Source of the DNA: Eledone cirrhosa
Lineage: Eukaryota
NCBI GenBank assembly: GCA_964016885.1
Contig: OZ024743.1
Location: 140,616,001-140,680,000, forward strand
Reading direction: 5' to 3'
DNA length: 64,000 nucleotides
Below are positions 28,901 to 44,377 of this stretch, piece after piece. The stretch's first letter is position 1. The number at the start of each line of letters is the position of its first letter. The notes below the pieces were generated by a model. It saw nothing but the letters and a program-made list of their open reading frames with translations. It had not been told where the DNA came from and searched no databases. The translations under genes were made by a program, and so were the position numbers.

Positions 28901-31900
28901 AAACAAAGCACCAAGCACCAAACACCAAACACCAAACACCAAACAGCAAACACCAAACACCAAATAGCAAACACCAAAGGGCAAACTCCAAACACCAAAC
29001 AGCAAACACAAAACACCAAACAGCAAACAACAAACAGCAAACAGCAAACAGCAAACAGCAAACAGCAAACACCAAACACCAAGCACCAAGCACCAAGCAC
29101 CAAACACCAACACCAAGCACCAAGCACCAAACACCAAGCACCAAGCACCAAACACCAAACACCAAGCTCCAAGCACCAAAAAAAAAAAAACACCAAGCAC
29201 CAAACCCCAAGCACCAAACACCAAGCACAAAATACCACGCACCAAGCACCAAACACCAAACATCAAACACCAAACAGCAAACAACAAACAACAAACGCCA
29301 AACATCAAACGCCAAACACCAAACGCCAAATAGCAAACACCAAACCGCAAACACCAAACACCAAACAGCAAACACCAAACACCAAACAGCGAACTCCAAA
29401 CAGCAAACACCAAACAGCAAACAGCAAACAGCAAACACCAAACACCAAACACCAAGCACCAAACTCCAAACACCAAGCACCAAGCACCAAGCACAAAACA
29501 CCAAGCACCAAGCGCTAAACATAAAACACTAAGCACCAAGCACCAAGCACCAAGCACCAAACACCAAACATCAAACACCAATCACCAAACATCAAACAGC
29601 AAACACCAAACACCAAACGCCAAACACAAACACCAAATAGCAAACACCAAACCGCAAACACCAAACACCAAACAGCAAACACCAAACACCAAACAGCGAA
29701 CACCAAACAGCAAACACCAAACAGCAAACACCAAACACCAAGCACCAAACAACAAACACCAAGCACGAAGCACCAAGCACAAAACACCAAGCACCAAGCA
29801 CCAAACACCAAGCACCAAACACCAAACACCAAGCACCAAGCGCCAAACACCAAGCACCAAGCACCAAGCACGAAACACCAAGCACCAATCACCAAACACC
29901 AAACACCAAGCACCAAACACCAAACAGCAAACAACAAACAACAAACGCCAAACATCAAACGCCAAACACCAAACGCCAAATAGCAAACACCAAACCGCAA
30001 ACACCAAACACCAAACAGCAAACACCAAGCACCAAACTCCAAACACCAAGCACCAAGCACCAAGCACAAAACACCAAGCACCAAGCGCTAAACATAAAAC
30101 ACTAAGCACCAAGCAGCAAGCACCAAACACCAAACATCAAACACCAATCACCAAACATCAAACAGCAAACACCAAACACCAAACGCCAAACACAAACACC
30201 AAATAGCAAACACCAAACCGCAAACACCAAACACCAAACAGCAAACACCAAACACCAAACAGCGAACACCAAACAACAAACACCAAACAGCAAACACCAA
30301 ACACCAAGCACCAAACACCAAACACCAAGCACGAAGCACCAAGCACAAAACACCAAGCACCAAGCACCAAACGCCAAGCACCAAACACCAAACACCAAGC
30401 ACCAAGCGCCAAACACCAAGCACCAAGCACCAAGCACGAAACACCAAGCACCAATCACCAAACACCAAACACCAAGCACCAAACACCAAACAGCAAACAC
30501 CAATCACCAAACACCAAACACCAAACAGCAAACACCAATCACCAAACACCAAACACCAAACACCAAACAGTAAACACCAAACACCAAACAGCAAACACCA
30601 AACACCAAACACCAAACAGCAAACACCAAACACCAAACACCAAACAGCAAACACCAAACAAACAGCAAACAGCAAACACCAAGCAGCAAACACCAAACAC
30701 CAAACAACAAACGCCAAACAGCAAACGCCAACCACCAGATGCCAAACAGCAAACGCCAAACAGCAAACGCCAAACAGCAAACACCAAACACCAAACAGCA
30801 AACACCAAACACCAAACACCAAATAGCAAACACCAAACAGCAAACACCAAACAGCAAACACCAAACAGCAAACACCAGACAGCAAACAGCAAACACCAAA
30901 CACCTAACACCAAGCACCAAGCACCAAACACCAAGCACCAAGCAACAAGCACCAATCACCAAGCACCAAGCACTAAACACCAAACACCAAGCACCAAGCA
31001 CCAAGCACCAAACAGCAAGCACCAAGCACCATGCACCAAACGCCAAGCACCAAGCACCAAACACCAAGCACCAAGCACCAAGCACCAAACACCAAGCACC
31101 AAAGACCAAGCACCAAATACCAAGCACCAAGCACCAAACACCAATCACCAAGCCCCAAGCACCAAACACCAAGCACCCAGCACCAAACACCAAACACCAA
31201 GCACCAAGCACCCAGAACAAAGCACCAAGCACCAAACACCAAACACCAAGCTCCAAGCACCAAACACCAAACACCAAGCACCAAGCACCAAGCACCAAAC
31301 ACCAAACACCAAGCTCCAAGCACCAACCACCAAACACCAAGCACCAAGCACCAAACACCAATCACCAAGCACCAAGCACCAAGCACCAAACCCCAAGCAC
31401 CAAACACCAAGCACCAATCACCAAACACCAAACACCAAGAACCAAGCACCAAGCACCAAACCCCAAGCACCAAACACCAAGCACCAATCACCAAACACCG
31501 AACACCAAGAACCAAGCACCAAGCACCAAACACCAAGCACCAAGCACCAAGCACCAAGCACCAAGCACCAAACACCAAGCACCAAGTACCACACACCAAA
31601 CACCAAGCACCAAGCACCAAACACCAAACACCAAACACCAGGCACCAAGCACCAATCACCAAGCACCAAGCAAAAACACAAAGCACCAAGCACCAAGCAC
31701 CAAACACCAAACACCAAACACCAAGCCCAAATCACCAAAGAGCAAAAACAAAACACCAAGCACCAAACACCAAACACCAAGCACCAAACACCAAACACCA
31801 AACACCAAACACCAAACAGCAAACACCAAACACCAAATAGCAAAAACCAAAGAGCAAACTCCAAGCACCAAACAGCAAACACAAAACACCAAACAGCAAA

Positions 31901-32740
31901 CAGCAAACAGCAAACTCCAAACACCAAACACCAAGCACCAAGCACCAAATCCCAAGCACCAAACACCAAGCACCAATCACCAAACACCAAGCACCAAGCA
32001 CCAAACACCAAACACCAAGCACCAAGTACCAAACACCAAACACCAAGCACCAAACACTAAACAGCAAACGCAAAAAAGCAAATGCCAAACCCCAAACGCC
32101 AAACAGCAAACGCCCAGCACCAAACACCAAACACCAAGCGCCAAGCACCAAACACCAAACACCAAGCACCAAGCACCAAACACCAAACACCAAGCACAAA
32201 TCACCAAACACCAAACACCAAGCGCCAAACACCAAACACCAAACACCTAGCACCAAGCACCAAGCACCAAACACCAAGCACCAAACACCAAGCACCAAGC
32301 ACCAAGCACCAAGCACCAAGCACCAAACACCAATCACCAAGCCCCAAGCATCAAACACCAAGCACCCAGCACCAAACACCAAACACCATGCACCAAGCAC
32401 CCAGAACAAAGCACCAAGCACCAAACACCAAACACCAAGCTCCAAGCACCAAACACCAAACACCAAGCACCAAGCACCAAGCACCAAACACCAAACACCA
32501 AGCACCAAGCACCAAACACCAAACACCAAGCACCAATCACCAAACACCAAGCCCCAAGCGCCAAACACCAAACACCAAACACCTAGCACCAAGCACCAAG
32601 CACCGAACACCAAGCACCAAACACCAAGCACCAAGCACCAAGCACCAAGCACCAAGCACCAAACACCAATCACCAAGCCCCAAGCACCAAACACCAAGCA
32701 CCAAGCACCAAACACCAAACACCAAGCACCAAGCACCCAG
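25920..32740 (+). repeat. Mosaic zone with a ~1.6-kb segment repeated at +5,218 bp (and partly again at a further +15,362 bp) and a ~570-bp local duplication at 29.5-30.5 kb
   Basis: ORF triplets 26759/31977/47339, 26864/32082/47444 and 27116/32334/47696. CGCTAAA at 29513/30086 (+573) and ORF pair 29592/30158 (+566). Confidence 0.85.
29178..29190 (+). repeat. A13 homopolymer embedded in the satellite (copy 1 of 6)
   Basis: Context CTCCAAG CACC A13 CACCAAG CACCAAA CCCCAAG, read directly. Confidence 0.95.
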
Positions 32741-34153
32741 AACCAAACAGCAAACACCAAACACCAAACACCAAACACCAAACAGCAAACACCAAACAGC
32801 AAACACCAAACAGCAAACAGCAAACAAGCACCAAGCACCAAACACCAAGCACCAAGCACCAAACAACAACACCAAGCACCAAGCACCAAACACCAAGCGC
32901 CAAGCACCAAACACCAAACACCAAGCTCCAAGCACCAAACACCATACACCAAGCACCAAGCACCAAACACCAATCACCAAGCACCAAGCACCAAACCCCA
33001 AGCACCAAACACCAAGCACCAATCACCAAACACCAAACACCCAGCACCAAGCACCAAACACCAAGCACCAAGCACCAAGCACCAAACACCAAGCACCAAG
33101 TACCAAACACCAAACACCAAGCACCAAGTACCAAACACCAAACACCAAGCACCAAGCACCAAACACCAAACACCAAGCACCAAGCACCAAACACCAAACA
33201 CCAGGCTCCAAGCACAAAACACCAAGCACCAAGCACCAAGCAACAAACACCAAACACCAAGCACCAAACACCAAGCACCAAGCCCCAAGCACCAAACACC
33301 AAGCACCAAGCACCAAACACCAAGCACCAAGCACCAAGCACCATGCACCAAACACCAAGCACCAAGCACCAAACAGCAAACACCAAACAGCAAACACCAA
33401 ACAGCAAACACCAAACAGCAAACACCAAACACCAAGCACCAAGCACCAAACACCATACGCCAAACACCAAACACCAAGCACCAAGCACCAAACACCAAGC
33501 ACCAAGCACCAAAGACCAAACACCAAGCACCAAGCACGAAACACCAAGCACCAAGCACCGAGCACCAAACACCAAACACCAAACACCAAGCACCAAGCAC
33601 CAAACACCAAACACCAAGAACCAAGCACCAAACACCAAATACCAAGCACCAAGCACTAAACACCAAACACCAAGCACCAAACACCAAGCACCAAGCACCA
33701 AGCAGCAAGCACCAAACACAAAACACCAAGTACCAAGCACCAAGCACCAAACACCAAACACCAAACACCAAGCACCAAGCACCAAACACCAAACACCAAG
33801 CACCAAGCACCAGAGACCAAGCACCAAGCACCAAGGACCAAACACCAAACACCAAACACCAGGCACAAAGCACCAAACACCAAGCACCAAGCACCAAACA
33901 CCAAAGACCAAGCACAAAGCACCAAAGAGCAAAAACAAAGCACCAAGCACCAAACACCAAACTCCAAACACCAAACAGCAAACACAAAACACCAAACAGC
34001 AAACAACAAACAGCAAACAGCAAACGGCAAACAGCAAACAGCAAACACCAAACACCAAGCATCAAGCACCAAGCACCAAACACCAACACCAAGCACCAAG
34101 CACCAAACACCAAGCACCAAGCACCAAACACCAAACACCAAGCTCCAAGCACC

Positions 34154-34166
34154 AAAAAAAAAAAAA
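34154..34166 (+). repeat. A13 homopolymer (copy 2 of 6)
   Basis: Same flanks as the copy at 29178. Confidence 0.95.
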
Positions 34167-37100
34167 CACCAAGCACCAAACCCCAAGCACCAAACACCAA
34201 GCACAAAACACCAAGCACCAAGCACCAAACACCAAACATCAAACAGCAATCACCAAACATCAAACAGCAAACACCAAACACCAAACACCAAACATCAAAC
34301 ACCAAACAGCAAACAACAAACAACAAACGCCAAACATCAAACGCCAAACACCAAACGCCAAATAGCAAACACCAAACCGCAAACACCAAACACCAAACAG
34401 CAAACACCAAACAGCGAACTCCAAACAGCAAAGACCAAACAGCAAACAGCAAACAGCAAACACCAAACACCAAACACCAAGCACCAAACTCCAAACACCA
34501 AGCACCAAGCACCAAGCACAAAACACCAAGCACCAAGCGCTAAATATAAAACACTAAGCACCAAGCACCAAGCACCAAGCACCAAACACCAAACATCAAA
34601 CACCAATCACCAAACATCAAACAGCAAACAGCAAACACCAAACACCAAACATCAAACACCAAATAGCAAACAACAAACAACAAACGCCAAACATCAAACG
34701 CCAAACACAAACACCAAATAGCAAACACCAAACCGCAAACACCAAACTCCAAACAGCAAACACCAAACACCAAACAGCGAACACCAAACAGCAAAGACCA
34801 AACAGCAAACACCAAACACCAAGCACCAAACACCAAACACCAAGCACGAAGCACCAAGCACAAAACACCAAGCACCAAGCACCAACCACCAAGCACCAAA
34901 CACCAAACACCAAGCACCAAGCGCCAAACACCAAGCACCAAGCACCAAGCACGAAACACCAAGCACCAATCACCAAACACCAAACACCAAGCACCAAACA
35001 CCAAACAGCAAACACCAATCACCAAACACCAAACACCAAACAGCAAACACCAATCACCAAACACCAAACACCAAACACCAAACAGTAAACACCAAACACC
35101 AAACAGCAAACACCAAACACCAAACACCAAACAGCAAACACCAAACACCAAACACCAAACAGCAAACACCAAACAAACAGCAAACAGCAAACACCAAGCA
35201 GCAAACACCAAACAGCAAACACCAAACACCAAACACCAAATAGCAAACACCAAACAGCAAACACCAAACAGCAAACACCAAACAGCAAACACCAGACAGC
35301 AAACAGCAAACACCAAACACCAAACACCAAGCACCAAGCACCAAACACCAAGCACCAAGCAACAAGCACCAATCACCAAGCACCAAGCACTAAACACCAA
35401 ACACCAAGCACCAAGCACCAAGCACCAAACAGCAAGCACCAAGCACCCTGCACCAAACGCCAAGCACCAAGCACCAAACACCAAGCACCAAGCACCAAGC
35501 ACCAAACACCAAGCACCAAAGACCAAGCACCAAATACCAAGCACCAAGCACCAAACACCAATCACCAAGCACCAAGCACCAAACACCAAGAACCAAGCAC
35601 CAATCACTAAACACCAAACACCAAGCACCAAGCACCAAACACCAAACACCAAGCACCAAGTACCAAACACCAAACACCAAACACCAAGCACCAAGCACCA
35701 AATCCCAAGCACCAAACACCAAGCACCAAGCACCAAACACCAAACACCAAGCACGAAGCACCAAGCATCAAATACCAAACACCAAACACCGAGCACCACA
35801 CATCAAACACCAAGCACGAAGCACCAATCGCCAAGCACCAAGCACCAAGCAATAAACACAAAGCACCAAGCACCAAGCACCAAGCACCAAGCACCAAGCA
35901 CCAAACACCAAGCACCAAGCACCCAACACCAAACACCAATCACCAAGCACCAAAGAGCAAACACGAAGCCCCAAGCACCAAACACCCAACACCAAACACC
36001 AAACATCAAACACCAATCACGAATCACAAAACACCAAACACCAAACATCAAACACCAATCACGAATCACCAAGCACCAAACACCAAACACCAAGCACCAA
36101 GCACCAAGCACCAAACACCAAACACCAAGCACCAAGCACTAAACACCAAACACCAAGCACCAAGCACCAAGCACCAAACACCAAGCACCAAGCACCAAGC
36201 ACCAAACACCAAGCACCAAGCACCAAACACCAAACACCAAGCACCAAACACCAAGCACCAAACAGCAAGCACCAAGCACCAAGCACCAGACACCAAGCAC
36301 CAAGCACCAAACACCAAACACCAAGCACCAAGCACTAAACACCAAACACCAAGCACCAAGCACCAAGCACCAAGCACCAAGCACCAAGCACCAAGCACCA
36401 AGCACCAAGCACCAAACACCAAGCACCAAGCACCAAACAGCAAACACCAAGCACCAAACACCAAACACCAAGCACCAAGCACCAAACACCAAACACCAAA
36501 CACCAAGCACCAAGCCCCAAGCACCAAACACCAAGCACCAAGCACCAAACACCAAGCACGAAGCACCAAGCACCATGCACCAAACACCAAGCACCAAGCA
36601 CCAAACAGCAAACACCAAACAGCAAACACCAAACACCAAACACCAACCAGCAAACACCAAACACCAAACACCAAACAGCAAACACCAAACACCAAACACC
36701 AAACAGCAAACACCAAACACCAAACACCAAACAGCAAATGCCAAACAGCAAACACCAAACAGCAAACAGCAAACAAGCACCAAGCACCAAACACCAAGCA
36801 CCAAGCACCAAACAACAACACCAAGCACCAAGCACCAAACACCAAGTGCCAAGCACCAAACACCAAACACCAAGCTCCAAGCACCAAACACCATACACCA
36901 AGCACCAAGCACCAAACACCAATCACCAAGCACCAAGCACCAAACCCCAAGCACCAATCACCAAGCACCAATCACCAAACACCAAACACCCAGCACCAAG
37001 CACCAAACACCAAGCACCAAGCACCAAGCACCAAACACCAAGCACCAAGTACCAAACACCAAACACCAAGCACCAAGTACCAAACACCAAACACCAAGCA

Positions 37101-38158
37101 CCAAGCACCAAACACCAAACACCAAGCACCAAGCACCAAACACCAAACACCAGGCTCCAAGCACAAAACACCAAGCACCAAGCACCAAGCAACAAACACC
37201 AAACACCAAGCACCAAACACCAAGCACCAAGCCCCAAGCACCAAACACCAAGCACCAAGCACCAAACACCAAGCACCAAGCACCAAGCACCATGCACCAA
37301 ACACCAAGCACCAAGCACCAAACAGCAAACACCAAACAGCAAACACCAAACAGCAAACACCAAACAGCAAACACCAAACACCAAGCACCAAGCACCAAAC
37401 ACCATACGCCAAACACCAAACACCAAGCACCAAGCACCAAACACCAAGCACCAAGCACCAAAGACCAAACACCAAGCACCAAGCACGTAACACCAAGCAC
37501 CAAGCACCGAGCACCAAACACCAAACACCAAACACCAAGCACCAAGCACCAAACACCAAACACCAAGAACCAAGCACCAAACACCAAATACCAAGCACCA
37601 AGCACTAAACACCAAACACCAAGCACCAAACACCAAGCACCAAGCACCAAGCACCAAGCACCAAACACAAAACACCAAGTACCAAGCACCAAGCACCAAA
37701 CACCAAACACCAAACACCAAGCACCAAGCACCAAACACCAAACACCAAGCACCAAGCACCAGAGACCAAGCACCAAGCACCAAGGACCAAACACCAAACA
37801 CCAAACACCAGGCACAAAGCACCAAACACCAAGCACCAAGCACCAAACACCAAAGACCAAGCACAAAGCACCAAAGAGCAAAAACAAAGCACCAAGCACC
37901 AAACACCAAACACCAAACACCAAACAGCAAACACCAAACACCAAATAGCAAACACCAAAGGGCAAACTCCAAACACCAAACAGCAAACACAAAACACCAA
38001 ACAGCAAACAACAAACAGCAAACAGCAAACGGCAAACAGCAAACAGCAAACACCAAACACCAAGCATCAAGCACCAAGCACCAAACACCAACACCAAGCA
38101 CCAAGCACCAAACACCAAGCACCAAGCACCAAACACCAAACACCAAGCTCCAAGCACC

Positions 38159-38171
38159 AAAAAAAAAAAAA
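38159..38171 (+). repeat. A13 homopolymer (copy 3 of 6)
   Basis: Same flanks as the copy at 29178. Confidence 0.95.
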
Positions 38172-41100
38172 CACCAAGCACCAAACCCCAAGCACCAAAC
38201 ACCAAGCACAAAACACCAAGCACCAAGCACCAAACACCAAACATCAAACAGCAATCACCAAACATCAAACAGCAAACACCAAACACCAAACACCAAACAT
38301 CAAACACCAAACAGCAAACAACAAACAACAAACGCCAAACATCAAACGCCAAACACCAAACGCCAAATAGCAAACACCAAACCGCAAACACCAAACACCA
38401 AACAGCAAACACCAAACAGCGAACTCCAAACAGCAAAGACCAAACAGCAAACAGCAAACAGCAAACACCAAACACCAAACACCAAGCACCAAACTCCAAA
38501 CACCAAGCACCAAGCACCAAGCACAAAACACCAAGCACCAAGCGCTAAATATAAAACACTAAGCACCAAGCACCAAGCACCAAGCACCAAACACCAAACA
38601 TCAAACACCAATCACCAAACATCAAACAGCAAACAGCAAACACCAAACACCAAACATCAAACACCAAATAGCAAACAACAAACAACAAACGCCAAACATC
38701 AAACGCCAAACACAAACACCAAATAGCAAACACCAAACCGCAAACACCAAACTCCAAACAGCAAACACCAAACACCAAACAGCGAACACCAAACAGCAAA
38801 GACCAAACAGCAAACACCAAACACCAAGCACCAAACACCAAACACCAAGCACGAAGCACCAAGCACAAAACACCAAGCACCAAGCACCAAACACCAAGCA
38901 CCAAACACCAAACACCAAGCACCAAGCGCCAAACACCAAGCACCAAGCACCAAGCACGAAACACCAAGCACCAATCACCAAACACCAAACACCAAGCACC
39001 AAACACCAAACAGCAAACACCAATCACCAAACACCAAACACCAAACAGCAAACACCAATCACCAAACACCAAACACCAAACACCAAACAGTAAACACCAA
39101 ACACCAAACAGCAAACACCAAACACCAAACACCAAACAGCAAACACCAAACACCAAACACCAAACAGCAAACACCAAACAAACAGCAAACAGCAAACACC
39201 AAGCAGCAAACACCAAACAGCAAACACCAAACACCAAACACCAAATAGCAAACACCAAACAGCAAACACCAAACAGCAAACACCAAACAGCAAACACCAG
39301 ACAGCAAACAGCAAACACCAAACACCAAACACCAAGCACCAAGCACCAAACACCAAGCACCAAGCAACAAGCACCAATCACCAAGCACCAAGCACTAAAC
39401 ACCAAACACCAAGCACCAAGCACCAAGCACCAAACAGCAAGCACCAAGCACCATGCACCAAACGCCAAGCACCAAGCACCAAACACCAAGCACCAAGCAC
39501 CAAGCACCAAACACCAAGCACCAAAGACCAAGCACCAAATACCAAGCACCAAGCACCAAACACCAATCACCAAGCACCAAGCACCAAACACCAAGAACCA
39601 AGCACCAAACACCAAACACCAAGCACCAAGCACCAAACACCAAACACCAAGCACCAAGTACCAAACACCAAACACCAAACACCAAGCACCAAGCACCAAA
39701 TCCCAAGCACCAAACACCAAGCACCAAGCACCAAACACCAAACACCAAGCACGAAGCACCAAGCATCAAATACCAAACACCAAACACCGAGCACCACACA
39801 TCAAACACCAAGCACGAAGCACCAATCGCCAAGCACCAAGCACCAAGCAATAAACACAAAGCACCAAGCACCAAGCACCAAGCACCAAGCACCAAGCACC
39901 AAACACCAAGCACCAAGCACCCAACACCAAACACCAATCACCAAGCACCAAAGAGCAAACACGAAGCCCCAAGCACCAAACACCCAACACCAAACACCAA
40001 ACATCAAACACCAATCACGAATCACAAAACACCAAACACCAAACATCAAACACCAATCACGAATCACCAAGCACCAAACACCAAACACCAAGCACCAAGC
40101 ACCAAGCACCAAACACCAAACACCAAGCACCAAGCACTAAACACCAAACACCAAGCACCAAGCACCAAGCACCAAACACCAAGCACCAAGCACCAAGCAC
40201 CAAACACCAAGCACCAAGCACCAAACACCAAACACCAAGCACCAAACACCAAGCACCAAACAGCAAGCACCAAGCACCAAGCACCAGACACCAAGCACCA
40301 AGCACCAAACACCAAACACCAAGCACCAAGCACTAAACACCAAACACCAAGCACCAAGCACCAAGCACCAAGCACCAAGCACCAAGCACCAAGCACCAAT
40401 CACCAAGCACCAAACACCAAGCACCAAGCACCAAACAGCAAACACCAAGCACCAAACACCAAACACCAAGCACCAAGCACCAAACACCAAACACCAAACA
40501 CCAAGCACCAAGCCCCAAGCACCAAACACCAAGCAACAAGCACCAAACACCAAGCACGAAGCACCAAGCACCATGCACCAAACACCAAGCACCAAGCACC
40601 AAACAGCAAACACCAAACAGCAAACACCAAACACCAAACACTAACCAGCAAACACCAAACACCAAACACCAAACAGCAAACACCAAACAGCAAACACCAA
40701 ACAGCAAACACCAAACACCAAACACCAAACAGCAAATGCCAAACAGCAAACACCAAACAGCAAACAGCAAACAAGCACCAAGCACCAAACACCAAGCACC
40801 AAGCACCAAACAACAACACCAAGCACCAAGCACCAAACACCAAGCGCCAAGCACCAAACACCAAACACCAAGCTCCAAGCACCAAACACCATACACCAAG
40901 CACCAAGCACCAAACACCAATCACCAAGCACCAAGCACCAAACCCCAAGCACCAATCACCAAGCACCAATCACCAAACACCAAACACCCAGCACCAAGCA
41001 CCAAACACCAAGCACCAAGCACCAAGCACCAAACACCAAGCACCAAGTACCAAACACCAAACACCAAGCACCAAGTACCAAACACCAAACACCAAGCACC

Positions 41101-42156
41101 AAGCACCAAACACCAAACACCAAGCACCAAGCACCAAACACCAAACACCAGGCTCCAAGCACAAAACACCAAGCACCAAGCACCAAGCAACAAACACCAA
41201 ACACCAAGCACCAAACACCAAGCACCAAGCCCCAAGCACCAAACACCAAGCACCAAGCACCAAACACCAAGCACCAAGCACCAAGCACCATGCACCAAAC
41301 ACCAAGCACCAAGCACCAAACAGCAAACACCAAACAGCAAACACCAAACAGCAAACACCAAACAGCAAACACCAAACACCAAGCACCAAGCACCAAACAC
41401 CATACGCCAAACACCAAACACCAAGCACCAAGCACCAAACACCAAGCACCAAGCACCAAAGACCAAACACCAAGCACCAAGCACGAAACACGAAGCACCA
41501 AGCACCGAGCACCAAACACCAAACACCAAACACCAAGCACCAAGCACCAAACACCAAACACCAAGAACCAAGCACCAAACACCAAATACCAAGCACCAAG
41601 CACTAAACACCAAACACCAAGCACCAAACACCAAGCACCAAGCACCAATAACCAAGCACCAAACACAAAACACCAAGTACCAAGCACCAAGCACCAAACA
41701 CCAAACACCAAACACCAAGCACCAAGCACCAAACACCAAACACCAAGCACCAAGCACCAGAGACCAAGCACCAAGCACCAAGGACCAAACACCAAACACC
41801 AAACACCAGGCACAAAGCACCAAACACCAAGCACCAAGCACCAAACACCAAAGACCAAGCACAAAGCACCAAAGAGCAAAAACAAAGCACCAAGCACCAA
41901 ACACCAAACACCAAACACCAAACAGCAAACACCAAACACCAAATAGCAAACACCAAAGGGCAAACTCCAAACACCAAACAGCAAACACAAAACACCAAAC
42001 AGCAAACAACAAACAGCAAACAGCAAACGGCAAACAGCAAACAGCAAACACCAAACACCAAGCATCAAGCACCAAGCACCAAACACCAACACCAAGCACC
42101 AAGCACCAAACACCAAGCACCAAGCACCAAACACCAAACACCAAGCTCCAAGCACC

Positions 42157-42169
42157 AAAAAAAAAAAAA
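42157..42169 (+). repeat. A13 homopolymer (copy 4 of 6)
   Basis: Same flanks as the copy at 29178. Confidence 0.95.
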
Positions 42170-44286
42170 CACCAAGCACCAAACCCCAAGCACCAAACAC
42201 CAAGCACAAAACACCAAGCACCAAGCACCAAACACCAAACATCAAACAGCAATCACCAAACATCAAACAGCAAACACCAAACACCAAACACCAAACATCA
42301 AACACCAAACAGCAAACAACAAACAACAAACGCCAAACATCAAACGCCAAACACCAAACGCCAAATAGCAAACACCAAACCGCAAACACCAAACACCAAA
42401 CAGCAAACACCAAACAGCGAACTCCAAACAGCAAAGACCAAACAGCAAACAGCAAACAGCAAACACCAAACACCAAACACCAAGCACCAAACTCCAAACA
42501 CCAAGCACCAAGCACCAAGCACAAAACACCAAGCACCAAGCGCTAAATATAAAACACTAAGCACCAAGCACCAAGCTCCAAGCACCAAACACCAAACATC
42601 AAACACCAATCACCAAACATCAAACAGCAAACAGCAAACACCAAACACCAAACATCAAACACCAAATAGCAAACAACAAACAACAAACGCCAAACATCAA
42701 ACGCCAAACACAAACACCAAATAGCAAACACCAAACCGCAAACACCAAACTCCAAACAGCAAACACCAAACACCAAACAGCGAACACCAAACAGCAAAGA
42801 CCAAACAGCAAACACCAAACACCAAGCACCAAACACCAAACACCAAGCACGAAGCACCAAGCACAAAACACCAAGCACCAAGCACCAAACACCAAGCACC
42901 AAACACCAAACACCAAGCACCAAGCGCCAAACACCAAGCACCAAGCACCAAGCACGAAACACCAAGCACCAATCACCAAACACCAAACACCAAGCACCAA
43001 ACACCAAACAGCAAACACCAATCACCAAACACCAAACACCAAACAGCAAACACCAAACACCAAACACCAAACAGCAAACACCAAACACCAAACACCAAAC
43101 AGCAAACACCAAACAAACAGCAAACACCAAACACCAAGCAGCAAACACCAAACAGCAAACACCAAACACCAAACACCAAATAGCAAACACCAAACAGCAA
43201 ACACCAAACAGCAAACACCAAACAGCAAACACCAGACAGCAAACAGCAAACACCAAACACGAAACACCAAGCACCAAGCACCAAACACCAAGCACCAAGC
43301 AACAAGCACCAATCACCAAGCACCAAGCACTAAACACCAAACACCAAGCACCAAGCACCAAGCACCAAACAGCAAGCACCAAGCACCATGCACCAAACGC
43401 CAAGCACCAAGCACCAAACACCAAGCACCAAGCACCAAGCACCAAACACCAAGCACCAAAGACCAAGCACCAAATACCAAGCACCAAGCACCAAACACCA
43501 ATCACCAAGCACCAAGCACCAAACACCAAGAACCAAGCACCAATCACTAAACACCAAACACCAAGCACCAAGCACCAAACACCAAACACCAAGCATCAAG
43601 TACCAAACACCAAACACCAAACACCAAGCACCAAGCACCAAATCCCAAGCACCAAACACCAAGCACCAAGCACCAAACACCAAACACCAAGCACGAAGCA
43701 CCAAGCATCAAATACCAAACACCAAACACCGAGCACCACACATCAAACACCAAGCACGAAGCACCAATCGCCAAGCACCAAGCACCAAGCAATAAACACA
43801 AAGCACCAAGCACCAAGCACCAAGCACCAAGCACCAAGCACCAAACACCAAGCACCAAGCACCCAACACCAAACACCAATCACCAAGCACCAAAGAGCAA
43901 ACACGAAGCCCCAAGCACCAAACACCCAACACCAAACACCAAACATCAAACACCAATCACGAATCACAAAACACCAAACACCAAACATCAAACACCAATC
44001 ACGAATCACCAAGCACCAAACACCAAACACCAAGCACCAAGCACCAAGCACCAAACACCAAACACCAAGCACCAAGCACTAAACACCAAACACCAAGCAC
44101 CAAGCACCAAGCACCAAACACCAAGCACCAAGCACCAAGCACCAAACACCAAGCACCAAGCACCAAACACCAAACACCAAGCACCAAACACCAAGCACCA
44201 AACAGCAAGCACCAAGCACCAAGCACCAGACACCAAGCACCAAGCACCAAACACCAAACACCAAGCACCAAGCACTAAACACCAAA

Positions 44287-44377
44287 CACCAAGCACCAAG
44301 CACCAAGCACCAAGCACCAAGCACCAAGCACCAAGCACCAAGCACCAAGCACCAAGCACCAAGCACCAAGCACCAAG
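44287..44377 (+). repeat. Perfect (CACCAAG)13 run, the longest pure monomer run I noticed
   Basis: Counted directly between CACTAAA CACCAAA and the next CACCAAA. Confidence 0.85.

Noticed and set aside
34545-42554. TATAAAA (TATA-box consensus) at ~34545, ~38550 and ~42548
   Set aside because: It is a single C>T variant of the CATAAAA monomer copied by the HOR triplication. There is no other promoter context or downstream gene.
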